Numbered from the whole stretch's first letter, positions 1 through 12,772 are shown. The stretch: DNA of 62,977 nt, filler included, from Octopus bimaculoides (GCF_001194135.2; 4 parts of 4 records of this genome joined end to end with filler, not necessarily neighbours in it), one strand, 5' to 3'. Notes: generated by a model from the sequence alone, not told the origin. Translations and numbers: made by a program.

Positions 1-73
<73 letters not shown>

Positions 74-973
74 CTCTTTGAGCCTTGTCAGTATTAAGTA
101 CCAGCAGTATGCTAAAGCAAAATTCTCCATTATTGTTTTACTATATCAGTAATTACCGGTGGATACTTGTTACTGATGAGGCAGAAATGTGCATGTGCTA
201 GATTATCTTTGTCTGCTACTGATATACTACTGTATTTTTTAACACTGTAAGATGTGAATGAGTTTCTCAAAGTTCATTGATATCTGCACCAAATGATGCA
301 CCACAACTATTTGTACAGACTCACACCAATGAGGATTGATAGGTTGTGGGTCAAAACGACCGTAGTGGTTTAATATAGAATCTTAAGAATTCCATCTTCC
401 TTCTCTTTCATATATATACATATACACATGGGCATTATAACATCCTTATGTAATTTTATATTTTAAATGTTCCAGCCTTAGTTCTTTATGTGACTGAATT
501 AATGTGAACAGGAACATTTGGAAATCTGATGCAAGTATTTTTATTCTCATCAATCAACATATTTCTATTATTGTCTATTAATTTACTGAAAAGATTAATA
601 ATTATTTCAAACTTTATTTGATGCAAACCTATCAAGACATGTTATTTAAATAAACCTTGTTCTGTAAATGACTTGAGAGCTACGTTAACAGTGATTCAGG
701 GTATAACCGAAATATCAGCTGCAAAATGTATTTATAGACCTTCAGAATTACATCAATGATTGTAAATATGATATTGATGGGCATACTGAAAATAAAGAAT
801 CTGTTTAAAAATAATATAATCTTTCTCTTGTACTATTCACAGATTAATTCTACCATATGATATATCATTAATGTAGTATCATATAATGTTAATATAATAT
901 TCTATCATATGTCATACATATATATAATATACTGCTTGGTGGAGGTCTGCACTCACTGAGTGCTTTTCTAGTT

Positions 974-1014
<41 letters not shown>

Positions 1015-1190
1015 CATCATCATCATCATCATCGTTTAACGTCCGCCTACCATGCTGCCATGAGTGGAATGGTTTAACAAGAGCTGGTCAGGCAGAGGCC
1101 TGCACCAGACTTCTGTGACCGCTTTGGCAGGATTTTTACGGCTGGATGCCCTGCCTAAGACCAACCACCCAGCAGAATGGACTATATATN
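1015..1190 (-). mobile_element. SINE/LINE-tail family A (catcatcatcgtttaacgtccg...ctggatgccct), truncated by gap
   Basis: Matches in-window copies at 51052-51428 and, in the opposite orientation, 8063-8200; (GAT)n tail on the minus strand. Confidence 0.75.
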
Positions 1191-2034
1191 NNNNNNNNNN
1201 NNNNNNNNNNNNNNNNNNNNNNNNNNNNNNNNNNNNNNNNNNNNNNNNNNNNNNNNNNNNNNNNNNNNNNNNNNNNNNNNNNNNNNNNNNNNNNNNNNNN
1301 NNNNNNNNNNNNNNNNNNNNNNNNNNNNNNNNNNNNNNNNNNNNNNNNNNNNNNNNNNNNNNNNNNNNNNNNNNNNNNNNNNNNNNNNNNNNNNNNNNNN
1401 NNNNNNNNNNNNNNNNNNNNNNNNNNNNNNNNNNNNNNNNNNNNNNNNNNNNNNNNNNNNNNNNNNNNNNNNNNNNNNNNNNNNNNNNNNNNNNNNNNNN
1501 NNNNNNNNNNNNNNNNNNNNNNNNNNNNNNNNNNNNNNNNNNNNNNNNNNNNNNNNNNNNNNNNNNNNNNNNNNNNNNNNNNNNNNNNNNNNNNNNNNNN
1601 NNNNNNNNNNNNNNNNNNNNNNNNNNNNNNNNNNNNNNNNNNNNATAGATTCAGTTGAATATGGTACTTAAGTTAAGGCACCAGAATTGAGTATGGTATT
1701 ATCCATACAGTTTCAAAATAAGGTGATTAAAATCAAAATAAGCAACACGGATATCCAAACTCCATTTAATTGAGCAATGTAAACATTACATCAAATATAA
1801 AATGTAGAGCAATTTTCAGCTGCACAAAGATATAGAAATTTCATTAAATTTCTTGTTGCTTATTTTGATATCCTTGTTGCTTATTTTAATTTTAATCACC
1901 TTATTGTGAATATATATATATATAATCATTTATTTATATATTTGTGTGTGTATGTGTAAGTCAGTGTGTGTGATTTTCACATGGAACAATATCTAGAAAT
2001 GTATATAATCTACCATCTATGTCAGAAGAAAGAT

Positions 2035-2230
2035 GATATTAGATGATGTGTATGATGACGGTTGCAAAAGAGCAAAAGTAGTGATGACAACGACAACCGC
2101 AATGTTAATGATGACAATGACAATGTGATTAGTGGTGATGGCTGTATTGATGATAATGATGATTATGATAGCAACAATGATAATGACAGTGGTGGTGGAG
2201 GTTGTGGTTGTGAAGGCGGTGATGGTATCA
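2035..2230. repeat. Degenerate (GAT/GGT)n low-complexity block
   Basis: Direct reading; explains the Asp/Gly-rich ORF 2062-2244. Confidence 0.9.
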
Positions 2231-2607
2231 TGTCCTTTCTATAATTATCACTTCAAAGAACCATTTCCACAGGGGTGACAGTTCATGTCAACATTACCGC
2301 ATGTGTGTGCAGCAGCTGTTATAATTATTGTTACTGTTGCTGCACATGGTACCATGCAGTGGATAGGTGGAACCCATGCAATGGTGCCAACTAAATGCCC
2401 TTCCTAACATACATTCAACAGCTGTTCACTGCAATCACTGCAAGCTGTGCACCACACCACTTCACATAACCTGCAATTTTGCAAGTTCTCCGTAGTAGTG
2501 GTGTAATATTTTTCTTTGTTGTTGTTGTTTAACCCTAGGTCAGTCTAAATCCAGTAGGCCTACTATATTTACTTAGGTAAAAAAATTAGGAATTTAATAC
2601 AAAACAC

Positions 2608-2743
2608 AGGCACAGTTGTATAGTTAAGAAGTTCACTACTTAAAAAATATTGTCATTTTGGGTTCAATCCCACTGTACAGCCTTTACCAACTAATGTATT
2701 GTGAGGTGATAAGATGGATGGAAACTGTTGGAAACCCATCACA

Positions 2744-2776
<33 letters not shown>

Positions 2777-2815
2777 ACGCGCGTACTCATCGAACCTGTT
2801 TAATGACTGTTTGCA
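2608..2815 (+). mobile_element. Decayed tRNA-headed SINE family D with internal (GT)n
   Basis: ggcacagttgtatagttaag...gggttcaatcccactg...ggaaactg resembles the reverse complement of 45700-45852. Confidence 0.5.
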
Positions 2816-2980
2816 CTGAGTCAGAAAGTGTTTCACTGACCTTGCTGTAATAATTACAGTATAGTGGTAATGATGTGATTCGAATCCGCAGCATTCTCCT
2901 AACTCCACCAGTGACTTTAGTTTAGAATATGATACCAAAATAATTAAAAAACGGAAGCTGGTATGTACAATAGCTAACAA

Positions 2981-3212
2981 GTCATTAATTAATCAGTGAT
3001 TGGTCAATCAATTGAAATAGTCATTTATCAATCCATCTAAAATGTCATTGGTCAATCAAATAAAAATGTCATTAGTCAATGAAGCTAAAATGTTGTTAGT
3101 CAATCAGCTTAAAAGTCATCAGTCAATCAATTGAAAATGTCATTAGTTAATGAAACAAAAATGTCATTAGTCACATTCAACCAGTGAAAAAATCATTAGT
3201 CGTCCAATCAAT
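2981..3212. repeat. Degenerate ~24-bp minisatellite (about 9 units, consensus ~AAAATGTCATTAGTCAATCAATTG)
   Basis: Repeated aaaatgtcatt(a/g)gtcaat units; GTCAATCA at 3003, 3051, 3099, 3122. Confidence 0.85.
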
Positions 3213-3794
3213 AAATAAATACACCAGTGGCTGTCTCTGCTATTGTTGTAATGTTGATTAGAGTCGTGAAAATTTTCAGCAAGTTTGCGTTAATTTAATT
3301 AAGCCAAAGTTAATTATGTCTCACATCTCCTTAACAAACCTACTAACTTGCCAACGTACCGACCTGAAAATCTACCTTAAACATTTCAACTTCTTTCCAG
3401 TAAATCATTCTCCTCTTTGACAATAAATCATTCATTTTCTATCTCAGTTCTGTGATGGCGCCACATGCCCAGCATCTTCCTCCTCAATTGTTTTCAACAA
3501 GATCTTTCCATTTAACTTATCTGCTTCGCTTCCAAAGTTTATCTTTCCTAATCAGATTTATACTTAGTTATATTATCTTCCACTCTCACTAAGGCATACG
3601 AATACAGAACATTAGATAGTTGTATGCTGTTTCTCTTTTTGTTGTTGTTGTTGTTGCTGCTTGAACTGTTAGTCTTTTTTGTTTTTGTTTTTGCTCATTG
3701 CAACAACTTGCCGTTAACTTGCATCACAGAGAGCTTTATCATCTTGCACAGGCTGTAAAGTTGATGCAATATTTATCATTATTAAACTTACCAG

Positions 3795-4020
3795 GGTAGT
3801 AGATTGGCTGAATCAGTAGAGCATTGGATAAAATGCCTTGCATTATTTTTTTTCTGGTGCTTTGCATTCTGAGTTCAAATCATACCAAGGTCAGCTTTGC
3901 TTTTCACCCTTTCAAGATTGATAAAATAAAGTACCAGTCAGTACCACGCATGTACTGGAGTCAATAATACTGACTAATCATCTCGCCTCAAAACTGCTGC
4001 CCTTGGGTATAAATTTGAAA
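3795..4020 (+). mobile_element. Old, CpG-decayed SINE family B copy (further old copies ~4685-4795 minus, ~4860-5070, ~6360-6640, ~12860-12990 minus)
   Basis: ctgagttcaaat...gctttgcttttcaccctttc..gataaaataaagtaccagtc aligns to the young copy at 47730. Confidence 0.7.
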
Positions 4021-6179
4021 TCATTATCAAAGTTAACCTGTGTGTGTTGTATACATAATGCAATGAGTTACATTGGTTTCAATTTAGCACAAAGCATTGA
4101 AACATTGGCAAGGGGTACAGTCAGTCAATTTCACACCAGTTTATCACAGGTAAACTGACCCCAGTGTCTTACAGATAATTTTCTTTTAACCCTTACATGC
4201 CAGTAAGAGATGTGACCGAAACGATTGTTATCAAGAAGTGTACCTGGCCAAAAAAAAACTGCATCAGAAAGTACCCACCAACCCATTTTAAAATGGAAAA
4301 AAAGGAACATAAAATTGATGATGACAATAATGATGATGATGTTGATGATGAGGAGGAGGAAGATAATATTGATGATTATGATGATGGTTCAACATAGTTG
4401 AAAATCGAATTCGATTTTTAGATAGTTTTCTTAAAATCTTAAAGGGAGGTAGTTTCTTACTGCAACATCATTTGTCTGCTACTTTCCCGACCAAAATGCA
4501 CAGCCTTGACCAAAAGTTATAAATCTACAGTTTTGATGTCAAAGGTCACAGTTAATGGTAGAATTGATAAATTGTCAGATCAAAGAGCTGCAAACTAACT
4601 TCAATTAACAAACCAATCTCTTCTGCTTATGTCTATCAATCTTATCTTTCTCCCTCCATCTCTCTCTCTATCTCTTATAATTATTATTATTTCTAACATA
4701 GGCACGAAGCCAGAAATTTGGCTGCAGAGAAGGTTTTGTTGATTACATCAACTCCAGTAATAGATTGATACTTTATTATATCAACCCCCAAAAAGGGCTC
4801 AAATAGATTAAAACAGATATTGTACTTATGATAGAAATTATCATTATTTGACTTTGATAGGGTGGTAAGTAGCCAGAACTTAGAGCATCAGATGAAATGC
4901 ATTGTGGTATTTCTTCTGACTCTTTACAGCTGGAGTTCAAATCTGCCAAAGTCAGCTTTGCATTTCATCCTTCTGGAGTTGATAAAATAAAGTACAAGAC
5001 AAGTACTGATGGAAATGGTATCAACTAGCCTTTTCTCCATGAAATTGCTGGCTTTCTTCTTAAATTAGGAGCAATTGTTTTATTATCTAGCAGTTATTGC
5101 ACTGTGTAACAAAATTTTTATCCTGTTTGTCATCAGTCAATTTCCTATTTGCTTCAATGTAGAAATCAAAGGAAATTACTTCTATTCCCTTCAAACTTTG
5201 CCTTTTTTTCTGACCTAGACATCAATATTTTGAAACTGATCCATGTTCCATTACATTTCAGACAGATTCAGCACTGATTTGCTGAAGCAGAAATATCATT
5301 ATAGCAAATATTCTGCTCAATACCACAGATTTGCTTGCTAGTTGCTTGACCTTAACCACTTGAGCAATATTTGCATCTCTGATCATGAGCAGGAGTAGTA
5401 GGGAAGCATCATGGCCATGTGTTGAGAGAGATTCTTTGGGATTTGAATAAATGTAAGGAAAGCAACATTTGAAGGAAACATCCCTGGAAAGTATTAAAAA
5501 AAAATGGCTTAGAAAATAGAAAATAAGTTTCTAACCAAGGACAAAATCATGTCACACAGAGGTATCACTGACACTCAAGTTACACAGATTGCACCAGTGT
5601 ACAGAATCAGGAAAGTTTAAGAACCTGGATGTGAACTCCTACCCTTTTGGTTAGTAATAGACAGGAGAGCTGATGGCAATGAGAAGTAAGAGAGGTCTTC
5701 AGTAACCAATTATCTCAGACAACCCCAGAACTGTTTCAACCTTGGAAAGATCTAAGGAATTTACTGTGGTATCTAGCTTAGCTAAGGAAGAATTTTTCTG
5801 TAAATTCTAGAGATGAGAGATTGTTTGGGAGATGTTGTATAATTAGTGTATGTGAGATGGTGCTTTTGTAAGGAATTCAACGGAAACTGCAAACATTTAT
5901 GCAAGACTATCATGATGTAATGAACAGCTTGATAACGGTTAATTAACTTCACTGACTGATCCTTGGCTTTCTCTTAACAATCTGTGTGTGTGTGTGTGTG
6001 CATGTGTGTGTGCGTGTGTGTGTGTGTGTGCATGTAATAAAAAGTTTAAAGATGCATTAGCACATATTTTCTTCAGTTTCCCTGAGAAGTGCTCTTAAAA
6101 GAAAGATACACACACAAGAACGCAACACACATACACATATACGTATATACATATAGAAATAAATTTATGTATACATATG

Positions 6180-6213
<34 letters not shown>

Positions 6214-6536
6214 GTGTGTGTGTGTGTGCATGCATGTGATTATCTAAATATATATATATGCATGGGTAGTCATTATTTAACCAGCTTTAAGGTAATACCT
6301 AATAAATTCATTCCCCTGCATCTTAGTGATAACTACAACCTAGACTTTTGATAAATTATAGTGTGTTAGTACATACCCTAATATTTTCACTTGTGCTCTG
6401 AGTTGAAATCCTGCTGAAGTCAATTTGCCGTTCATCTCTCCAAGATTCATAAAAAGTATCAGCCAAGCATTGGTGTCAACATAAACATCTGACACCTACC
6501 CTTAAATTAGCTGACCTTATACCAAAATGTGAAATA

Positions 6537-6595
<59 letters not shown>

Positions 6596-6834
6596 GGCAG
6601 CAAGCTGGCAGAATCATTAGCACACTGGACAAAATGTTTAGTGGTATTTCACTCGTTGCTACGTTCTTAGTTCAAATTGAATGCTTGCAACAGAGTAGAA
6701 TCTGGTAAAGGTAACCAAGGGACTATGTAACAGTGCTCAACTGGATGAATGATTAAGTCTAGCACTCAAGTGGGCCATGCTTGGATTTGAACTCAAAATG
6801 CAGAGGGTTGGAAATTAATTCCATAATCTATTCC

Positions 6835-7060
6835 CTTGCATGGGTTGGATGGTCTGACCAAAAGCTGATAAGCCAGGGAGCTGGATCAGGTTTCACTCTG
6901 ATTTGGCATGGTTTCTATGGTGGGATGCCCTTCCTAATGCCAACCACTCCAAGAGAGTAGAGGATGTTTTTTTTTTATGTGCCACAGGCATGAGTACCAT
7001 TGACATGACACCGGAATCAACCACGACTATGATCCCACTTGGCTTGACTAGTCCCTTATA
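6835..7060 (-). mobile_element. Family A SINE copy
   Basis: catgggttggatggt...tttctatgg..ggatgcccttcctaatgccaaccactcc matches 51080-51230. Confidence 0.7.
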
Positions 7061-8062
7061 GTTGTTATTGTATTGTCTTTGGTCAGTTCAATCAGTCTTA
7101 GATGCTTCGTTACATCCTAAGTACACAGTATGTGAAGGTATCAGTGCTAACTGTTTTATTATTCAATAAGCTTTCTTAGCAAATCAAGGGCCTGCTTTAT
7201 TATAAAAGAAACCAAACAGCTGAGTAGATGAAAAAATCTCTACTTAGCTAGGATTTGAACTAAAGACATAAATGAATCAGAGTAAAAACCAACTCCTAGA
7301 TTTTCAATCTAAATGCACAGTAGACATTATCTAATTAAATTTGGATGGTGCACTTCATTGAACCATACCAATTCACATAGCTTCCGACTGAACCGGATAA
7401 CATTAAATGATTTGAGAAAGTTACTGGAAATAGGGCTAGCATACTCTCCAGAGGCTGGTTTATATCACATAAGCTTAATGCCACCATGTAATCAAAGTTA
7501 AGTAGAAGAACTTAAAAGCCCTTTGAGGTTTATTACATCAACGTTGATTATATTCTATTACATGTTGCATATCCTCAGTGCGATCCAGCATGAAGCACAG
7601 AAATATACCTGGCACCAATTCGACTGCAACAGGAAGTAAGCCAATCAAGACAGATTTGAGTCCCTAAAGGGATTTTGTTCCCTTCGTTTCTTCAGTCTCA
7701 TCAATGTAGTGCAGTTACCTGGATAAACCCAAGGGGAACAAATGAATAAGTCAAGATGGAGTAAAGGGGTGTTAAATTAGATCTTGTTGTTGAAAACATC
7801 GTCTTTGGGGTTGAACTACAAATGTAATATGTATGTGTGTATGTATGTGCATGTGTATATGAGTATGTGAATGCATGTATATGTGTATATGTTTAGGAAA
7901 ACTGCTATGCAAATGAAATTGGACATGAACATACATTTATGTTTTACAAGTATGTTTGTACACATGCACACACACCTGTGTGTATCCTTTGATATACATA
8001 TAAACACATTCCTGCATGTATATATTAAATGATTGTGTGTTTGTGTATTTTTATATATATGT

Positions 8063-8200
8063 AGGAAGGGCATCCAGCTGTAGAAACTCTGCCAAATTGG
8101 ATTGGAGCCTGGTGTTGCCATCCGGTTTCACCAGTCCACAGTCAAATCGTCCAACCCATGCTAGCATGGAAAGCGGACGTTAAACGACGACGACGACGAT
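8063..8200 (+). mobile_element. Family A SINE 3' end with (ACG/ATG)n tail
   Basis: Reverse complement of 51052-51190. Confidence 0.8.
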
Positions 8201-8209
8201 GTATATATA

Positions 8210-9415
8210 TCAGGTCATTAAGAATGAAATGTCCGATTTTCTTATGCACCATGTTTGACAGTCGTTAACTCCAATGTTTTACCCTGACAATTCTTTGTTT
8301 TACAACATTGAAGAGTTACATCAGCACTTTTTGAAATGCAGTTCATGGTGGCTGATTATATTGCGTGTTTTCTCTTGTAAATCAATTTTTGTGAACCCAT
8401 AGAGAGATCAAAATTTTGTGTTGTTTATGAATATGAGTTCAGTCATGGAACCAATGCATTCCAAACAGCTCGAAACATCAATGCAGTGTTTGAAGAAGAT
8501 GTGGTGAATGAGCACACTGCACATTGATGGTTTGATAAGTTCCGGTCTGGTGACTTTACTCTTGGAAATCAGCCTCATGGTAGACCTGAGACCAAGGTGA
8601 ATAATGATGAGCTAGAAACTGTAGTGCAAGTGAATACATCTCAAACTACGTATTGGTTGAAATTACCCAAGTACAACAACTTTAACACGAAATAACTTCT
8701 AAAATATGAAATTTTGTTCAAATCGTTCAGAGTAAACCGTGTAGTACGTGAGAAATTCTACCAGTATTCAAAATTTCAAACTGTTTAGTTAAAAAAATTA
8801 ATCAAAAAATCTCTGATTGAGATGGAATAGATCCGCAAGGGTTCTGCAAGGTGGTTGGATAGAAACAAGGTGTCAAAACACAATCCAAAAAAGAATATTC
8901 ACCAAAAAAAAAAGCTAATGGTGTCTTTTTGGTGATCCATTGCTGGTGTCATCCACGACATCTTCAGGAGACCTGGTAAGTCAATTACAGCAGATATATA
9001 CATCAACCAATTGGATGAAATGATGAATGAACTTGCAATTAAACAACCAAGATTGGTCAATTCTCTTGCAAGACAATGCTTGACCACATGTTGCATAAAG
9101 AAAGCTAACAGGAGCTGAACTTAGATGTATTCTATTGTCCACGATATTCACCAGACCTGCACCAACTGACTAGCGTGTTTTCCAGGCATTAGACAACATT
9201 TTGAAAGGAAAAAACTTCAGATCTGAAGAAGATGCAAAAACAGCCTTTCATGATCTTATCACTTCTTGCCCACCAGAATTCTTCGCTGCCGGCATGAATA
9301 AGCTAGCGATAAAATGGCAAAATTGTGTTGAGAATTTAGGTGCTTTGATTAACTGCATTGTTTCTTGTTGAGATAAAGTAAAATAAAGTTTCAGTTCAAA
9401 ATCTTAATGACCTGA
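8210..9415 (+). mobile_element. Mariner transposon with both TIRs, defective transposase, central region replaced by foreign DNA
   Basis: 14-bp TIR TCAGGTCATTAAGA (8210-8223) / TCTTAATGACCTGA (9402-9415) with TA on both sides. Decayed translation includes EYEFSHGTNAFQTARNINAVF..WFDKFRSGDF..GRPETKV, LQDNA, YSPDL(A)PTD and KWQNCVE. Confidence 0.9.
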
Positions 9416-9419
9416 TATA

Positions 9420-9546
<127 letters not shown>

Positions 9547-9619
9547 ACAAACATGTACAAAAACACAGACAAGCACACACATGTACGTGTGTGTCTGTGT
9601 GTGTGTGAATAAGCTGAAA

Positions 9620-10140
9620 GAGGCCATTTCCAATTATAAATTTCAATTAAGAAGGGAGTGGGAAAAGGTCAGGGAGCTTTTACTTCTGCTGGCAACAAAA
9701 GGTTTCCTTCTCAGTGAAAAGCAGATCATATAGTGCTTGCATACAAAATGCAATGCTGCACAGTAATGAGACATGGACTCTAAATAGAGAGAATTTGCAA
9801 AGACTAGAAAGGAATGAAGCAAGCAGGTTTTGCTTGAGATGTAATGGCTAACGGGCATGAACAACAAAGGACAAAAGAGCTGAGAGAAAACCTGGATATA
9901 AGAAGTATGGTGATGTAATATGTGAGAGTAAAGAATGCACTGGTATGAGCGTGTAATAGGTAGAGGATGACAGTTGGGTAATGAAGTGTAGCTGTGCTCA
10001 AAGGGGATGAAACATGTAGAAGAGGGAGACCCATGAAGACATGGAATGCATTGGGGAAGACTGATCTCAGGGAAAGGATGATGGTCAGTACATAGTATTA
10101 GAGACGAGCTGTCCACCCATGCAAACATGGTGAAAACATA
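9620..10140 (+). mobile_element. RTE-clade LINE 3' fragment (post-RT region)
   Basis: Frameshifted translation WEKVRELLLLLATKGF..ETWTLNRENLQRLERNEAS..HWY..CRRGRPMKTW. Confidence 0.8.
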
Positions 10141-10729
10141 TGTTGAAAATGATTGTAGTGGTGAAAGCTAGGTGACATAACACACAAGATACACACACCC
10201 ATACATATATTGATGCCTAAAAGCTCCTGGTTTTAAGGATATCGTGAAAGGCCAACATTTGATGGAGTGGGTGAGATAATATACAGCACACACATTTGAT
10301 CACCATGAACAAAATCATTTGTGCAGGTCGTTTCGTAAAAGCTGAACACTTATACATGATCTTTGACAGGAGAGTCCATTTTGTTTGTACATATATATAT
10401 ATATATATATATAAAAATATATTATTATTATTATTATTTAACGTCTGTTTTCCATGCTGGCATGGTTTGGACTATATATATTTTCTGATAAAACTTAGGA
10501 GTATTTGCTTTGCTGAAACAGTGTGGCTATTTTGTAAAATATGAATAAATCTAATTATTTGCTACCCTGCTTTTAACATAGAATTTTTTTCTTATTTGTG
10601 GACTGCTACAATCATCATATGAAAACCACACACATACACACACACACACACATACAGAGAGATAAGAAGCAAGAGAGAGCAAGAGAGAGAGAGAGAGAGA
10701 GACTGAAAGAATGAAACAGACAGTCAGGT

Positions 10730-10761
<32 letters not shown>

Positions 10762-11379
10762 CTACACATATTATTTGAAGGTATAACAATCTCCTATGAT
10801 TATCAAAAATAAACATCAAAATGGAACCGGAATCTCCAAAAATATAGGAAGAGCCCACTTTCTAATTAATTGCAGGTTATCATCATCAACCACCGCCCCC
10901 CTCTAAAATGAGTGAACCATTCTTCATATTACTCCGGAACATTCTTCTATAACATAATTTCTATTTCTCTAATTGAAATTTCTAAAGCAAAAATACCAGA
11001 AAATTCTAATTTTATTAAAATGCCCCTTCAAATGGAATTCGAAATTCATTTACGAAAATGTAAAAATTCCTTGTCTTACGTTGAATATGGTTTTGTTTTT
11101 GGAATCATAGATTTAAGATTTTTGTGTGGTTCTGGTTAAAATAAACGGCATTGATTTCGGTGTGTGCAAGTGTATGGTTCCATGTGTGTGTTTGCCTGTA
11201 GTTGTAGGTATGTTTGTGCATGTGTATGAATGTTCAGGTGTGGAGTTGGTAAGGGAAAATGATAAAAGATAACTTCCCTTTAAATAATCTACTAATGGAG
11301 CAGCAGGAAAGGAAGAATTTTTACCATTCTTTGAGAATTGCATGTGTACGAGCAAGTGTGTGTGTATGTAGAGAGAGAG

Positions 11380-11421
<42 letters not shown>

Positions 11422-11715
11422 TGTGTGTGTGCGTGTGTGTGCGTGTTTGAGAGAGAGAACACTTGGGACAGAGTGTGCATGGAAGGGAGAGTAAGAGGGA
11501 AAGAAAGGAGAGAGAGAGTGTTTATATGTATGAAAATGTTTAGAAGAAGAAGAAAGAAAGAAAGAGAGACAAAGAAAGAGAGAGAAAGAAAGAAAGAAAG
11601 AGAGAAAGAAAGAGAAAAAGAAAGAAATATAACATTTCAACTATTCATTGTAAAAGAGAAAGAGATGTGGATTGTTGAAAAGAAGGAAAACTTAGAATGC
11701 AAACAGAATACTCAC

Positions 11716-11840
11716 TGTTTTGGTGCCCAAGTTCTCTATTGAACAGTGAAGGATTGCAGTTTCTCCTCTTCGAAATGTCACATTGGTAGGAGACGGGTTA
11801 AACCGTGGAATAGGTGCATTGTCTTCATATTGAGCAAAGG
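11716..11840 (-). CDS. Internal coding exon of a secreted/cell-surface Ig-superfamily protein (DPR/zig-8/lachesin-like): end of signal peptide plus N-terminal half of Ig domain 1
   Basis: Minus strand reads ttgttttttgttcctttatttgtag|CC TTT GCT CAA...ACC AAA ACA|gtgagt. Strong polypyrimidine acceptor, consensus donor, 125 nt (phase 1 in, phase 0 out). Translation (x)FAQYEDNAPIPRFNPSPTNVTFRRGETAILHCSIENLGTKT matches the DPR-type pattern PxF...NVT...GxTAxLxCxxxNLGxKT|VxW, with the intron just before VxW. Confidence 0.9.
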
Positions 11841-11870
11841 CTACAAATAAAGGAACAAAAAAACAATATA

Positions 11871-11914
11871 TTAATAATAATAATAATAATAACAATAATA
11901 ATAATCATAATAAC

Positions 11915-11962
<48 letters not shown>
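11871..11962. repeat. (AAT)n microsatellite just upstream of the Ig exon acceptor
   Basis: Direct reading. Confidence 0.95.
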
Positions 11963-11963
<1 letters not shown>

Positions 11964-12109
11964 TATGGTACCCTAGGCATAACACCTACATGAACTTCTA
12001 ACTTGTTGTCATCTTGAGGTCTCTGGGTGAGACTTGGATCCAACTTGTACAAATGCAAAACAAAAGTCAAACATAAAATAATAATAATAATAATAATAAT
12101 ACTGATAAT

Positions 12110-12300
12110 TTAACACCTGTTTTCAATGCTGGCATGGGTTTGATAGTTTGATAGGTGCTGGCTGGCAAGGCAGAAAAATGCACCAAACTCCACTATCTGC
12201 TTGGGCATGATTTCTACAGCTGGATGCTCTTTCTGATGCTAACCCTTTACAGAGTGTACTGGATGCTTTTGATGTGGCACCAACAACAGTGAGTTCACCA
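12110..12300 (-). mobile_element. Family A SINE copy
   Basis: tttaacacctgttttcaatgctggcatggg...tttctacagctggatgc. Confidence 0.7.
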
Positions 12301-12385
12301 TATAATTTACAAGACAAGATTGCCTAAACTGAAGGCTGAATAGTATTGAGGAAAGTGGCTTTGAGTGAGATGAGAGATCAGTGCA

Positions 12386-12772
12386 TAAGTTGTTGGCACT
12401 CCGTCGCTTACGACATCGAGGGTTCCAGTTGATCCAATCAATGGAACAGCCTGCTCGTGAAATTAACGTGCAAGTGGCTGAGCACTCCACAGACATGTGT
12501 GCCCTTAACGTAGTTCTCGGGGATATTCAGCGTGACAGAGTGTGACAAGGTTGACCCTTTGAATTACAGGCACAACAGAAACAGGAAGTAAGAGTGAGAG
12601 AAAGTTGTGGTGAAAGAGTACAGCAGGGTTCACCACCATCCCCTGCCGGAGCCTCGTGGAGTTTTAGATGTTTTCGCTCAATAAACACTCACAACACCCG
12701 GTCTGGGAATCAAAACTGCGATCCTATGACCGCGAGTCCACTGCCCTAACCACTGGGCCATTGCACCTCCAC
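12386..12772 (-). mobile_element. Full-length tRNA-derived SINE family C
   Basis: Minus strand starts gtggaggtgcaatggcccagtggttagggcag..gcagttttgattcccagacc (A/B-box-like) and ends cgtaagcgacggagtgccaacaac; near-identical to 50399-50718 and 52835-53075. Confidence 0.85.

Noticed and set aside
167-190. CTGATGAGGCAGAAA (and CTGATGAG at ~58912) as hammerhead cores
   Set aside because: No helix II or helix I can be formed
2981-3212. Regularly spaced repeats as a CRISPR-like array
   Set aside because: Units are contiguous and degenerate with no unique spacers; eukaryotic context, no cas genes
3445-3550. Minus-strand KILLKTIEEEDAGHV resembling the Ig DxGxYxC strand
   Set aside because: Lacks the Tyr and Cys, ends in a stop, and has no matching WxR exon
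12700-12772. tRNA-like sequences (also ~45780-45852, 47730-47820, 50640-50718) as tRNA genes
   Set aside because: They are heads of multi-copy SINEs and continue into SINE bodies; no proper cloverleaf ends
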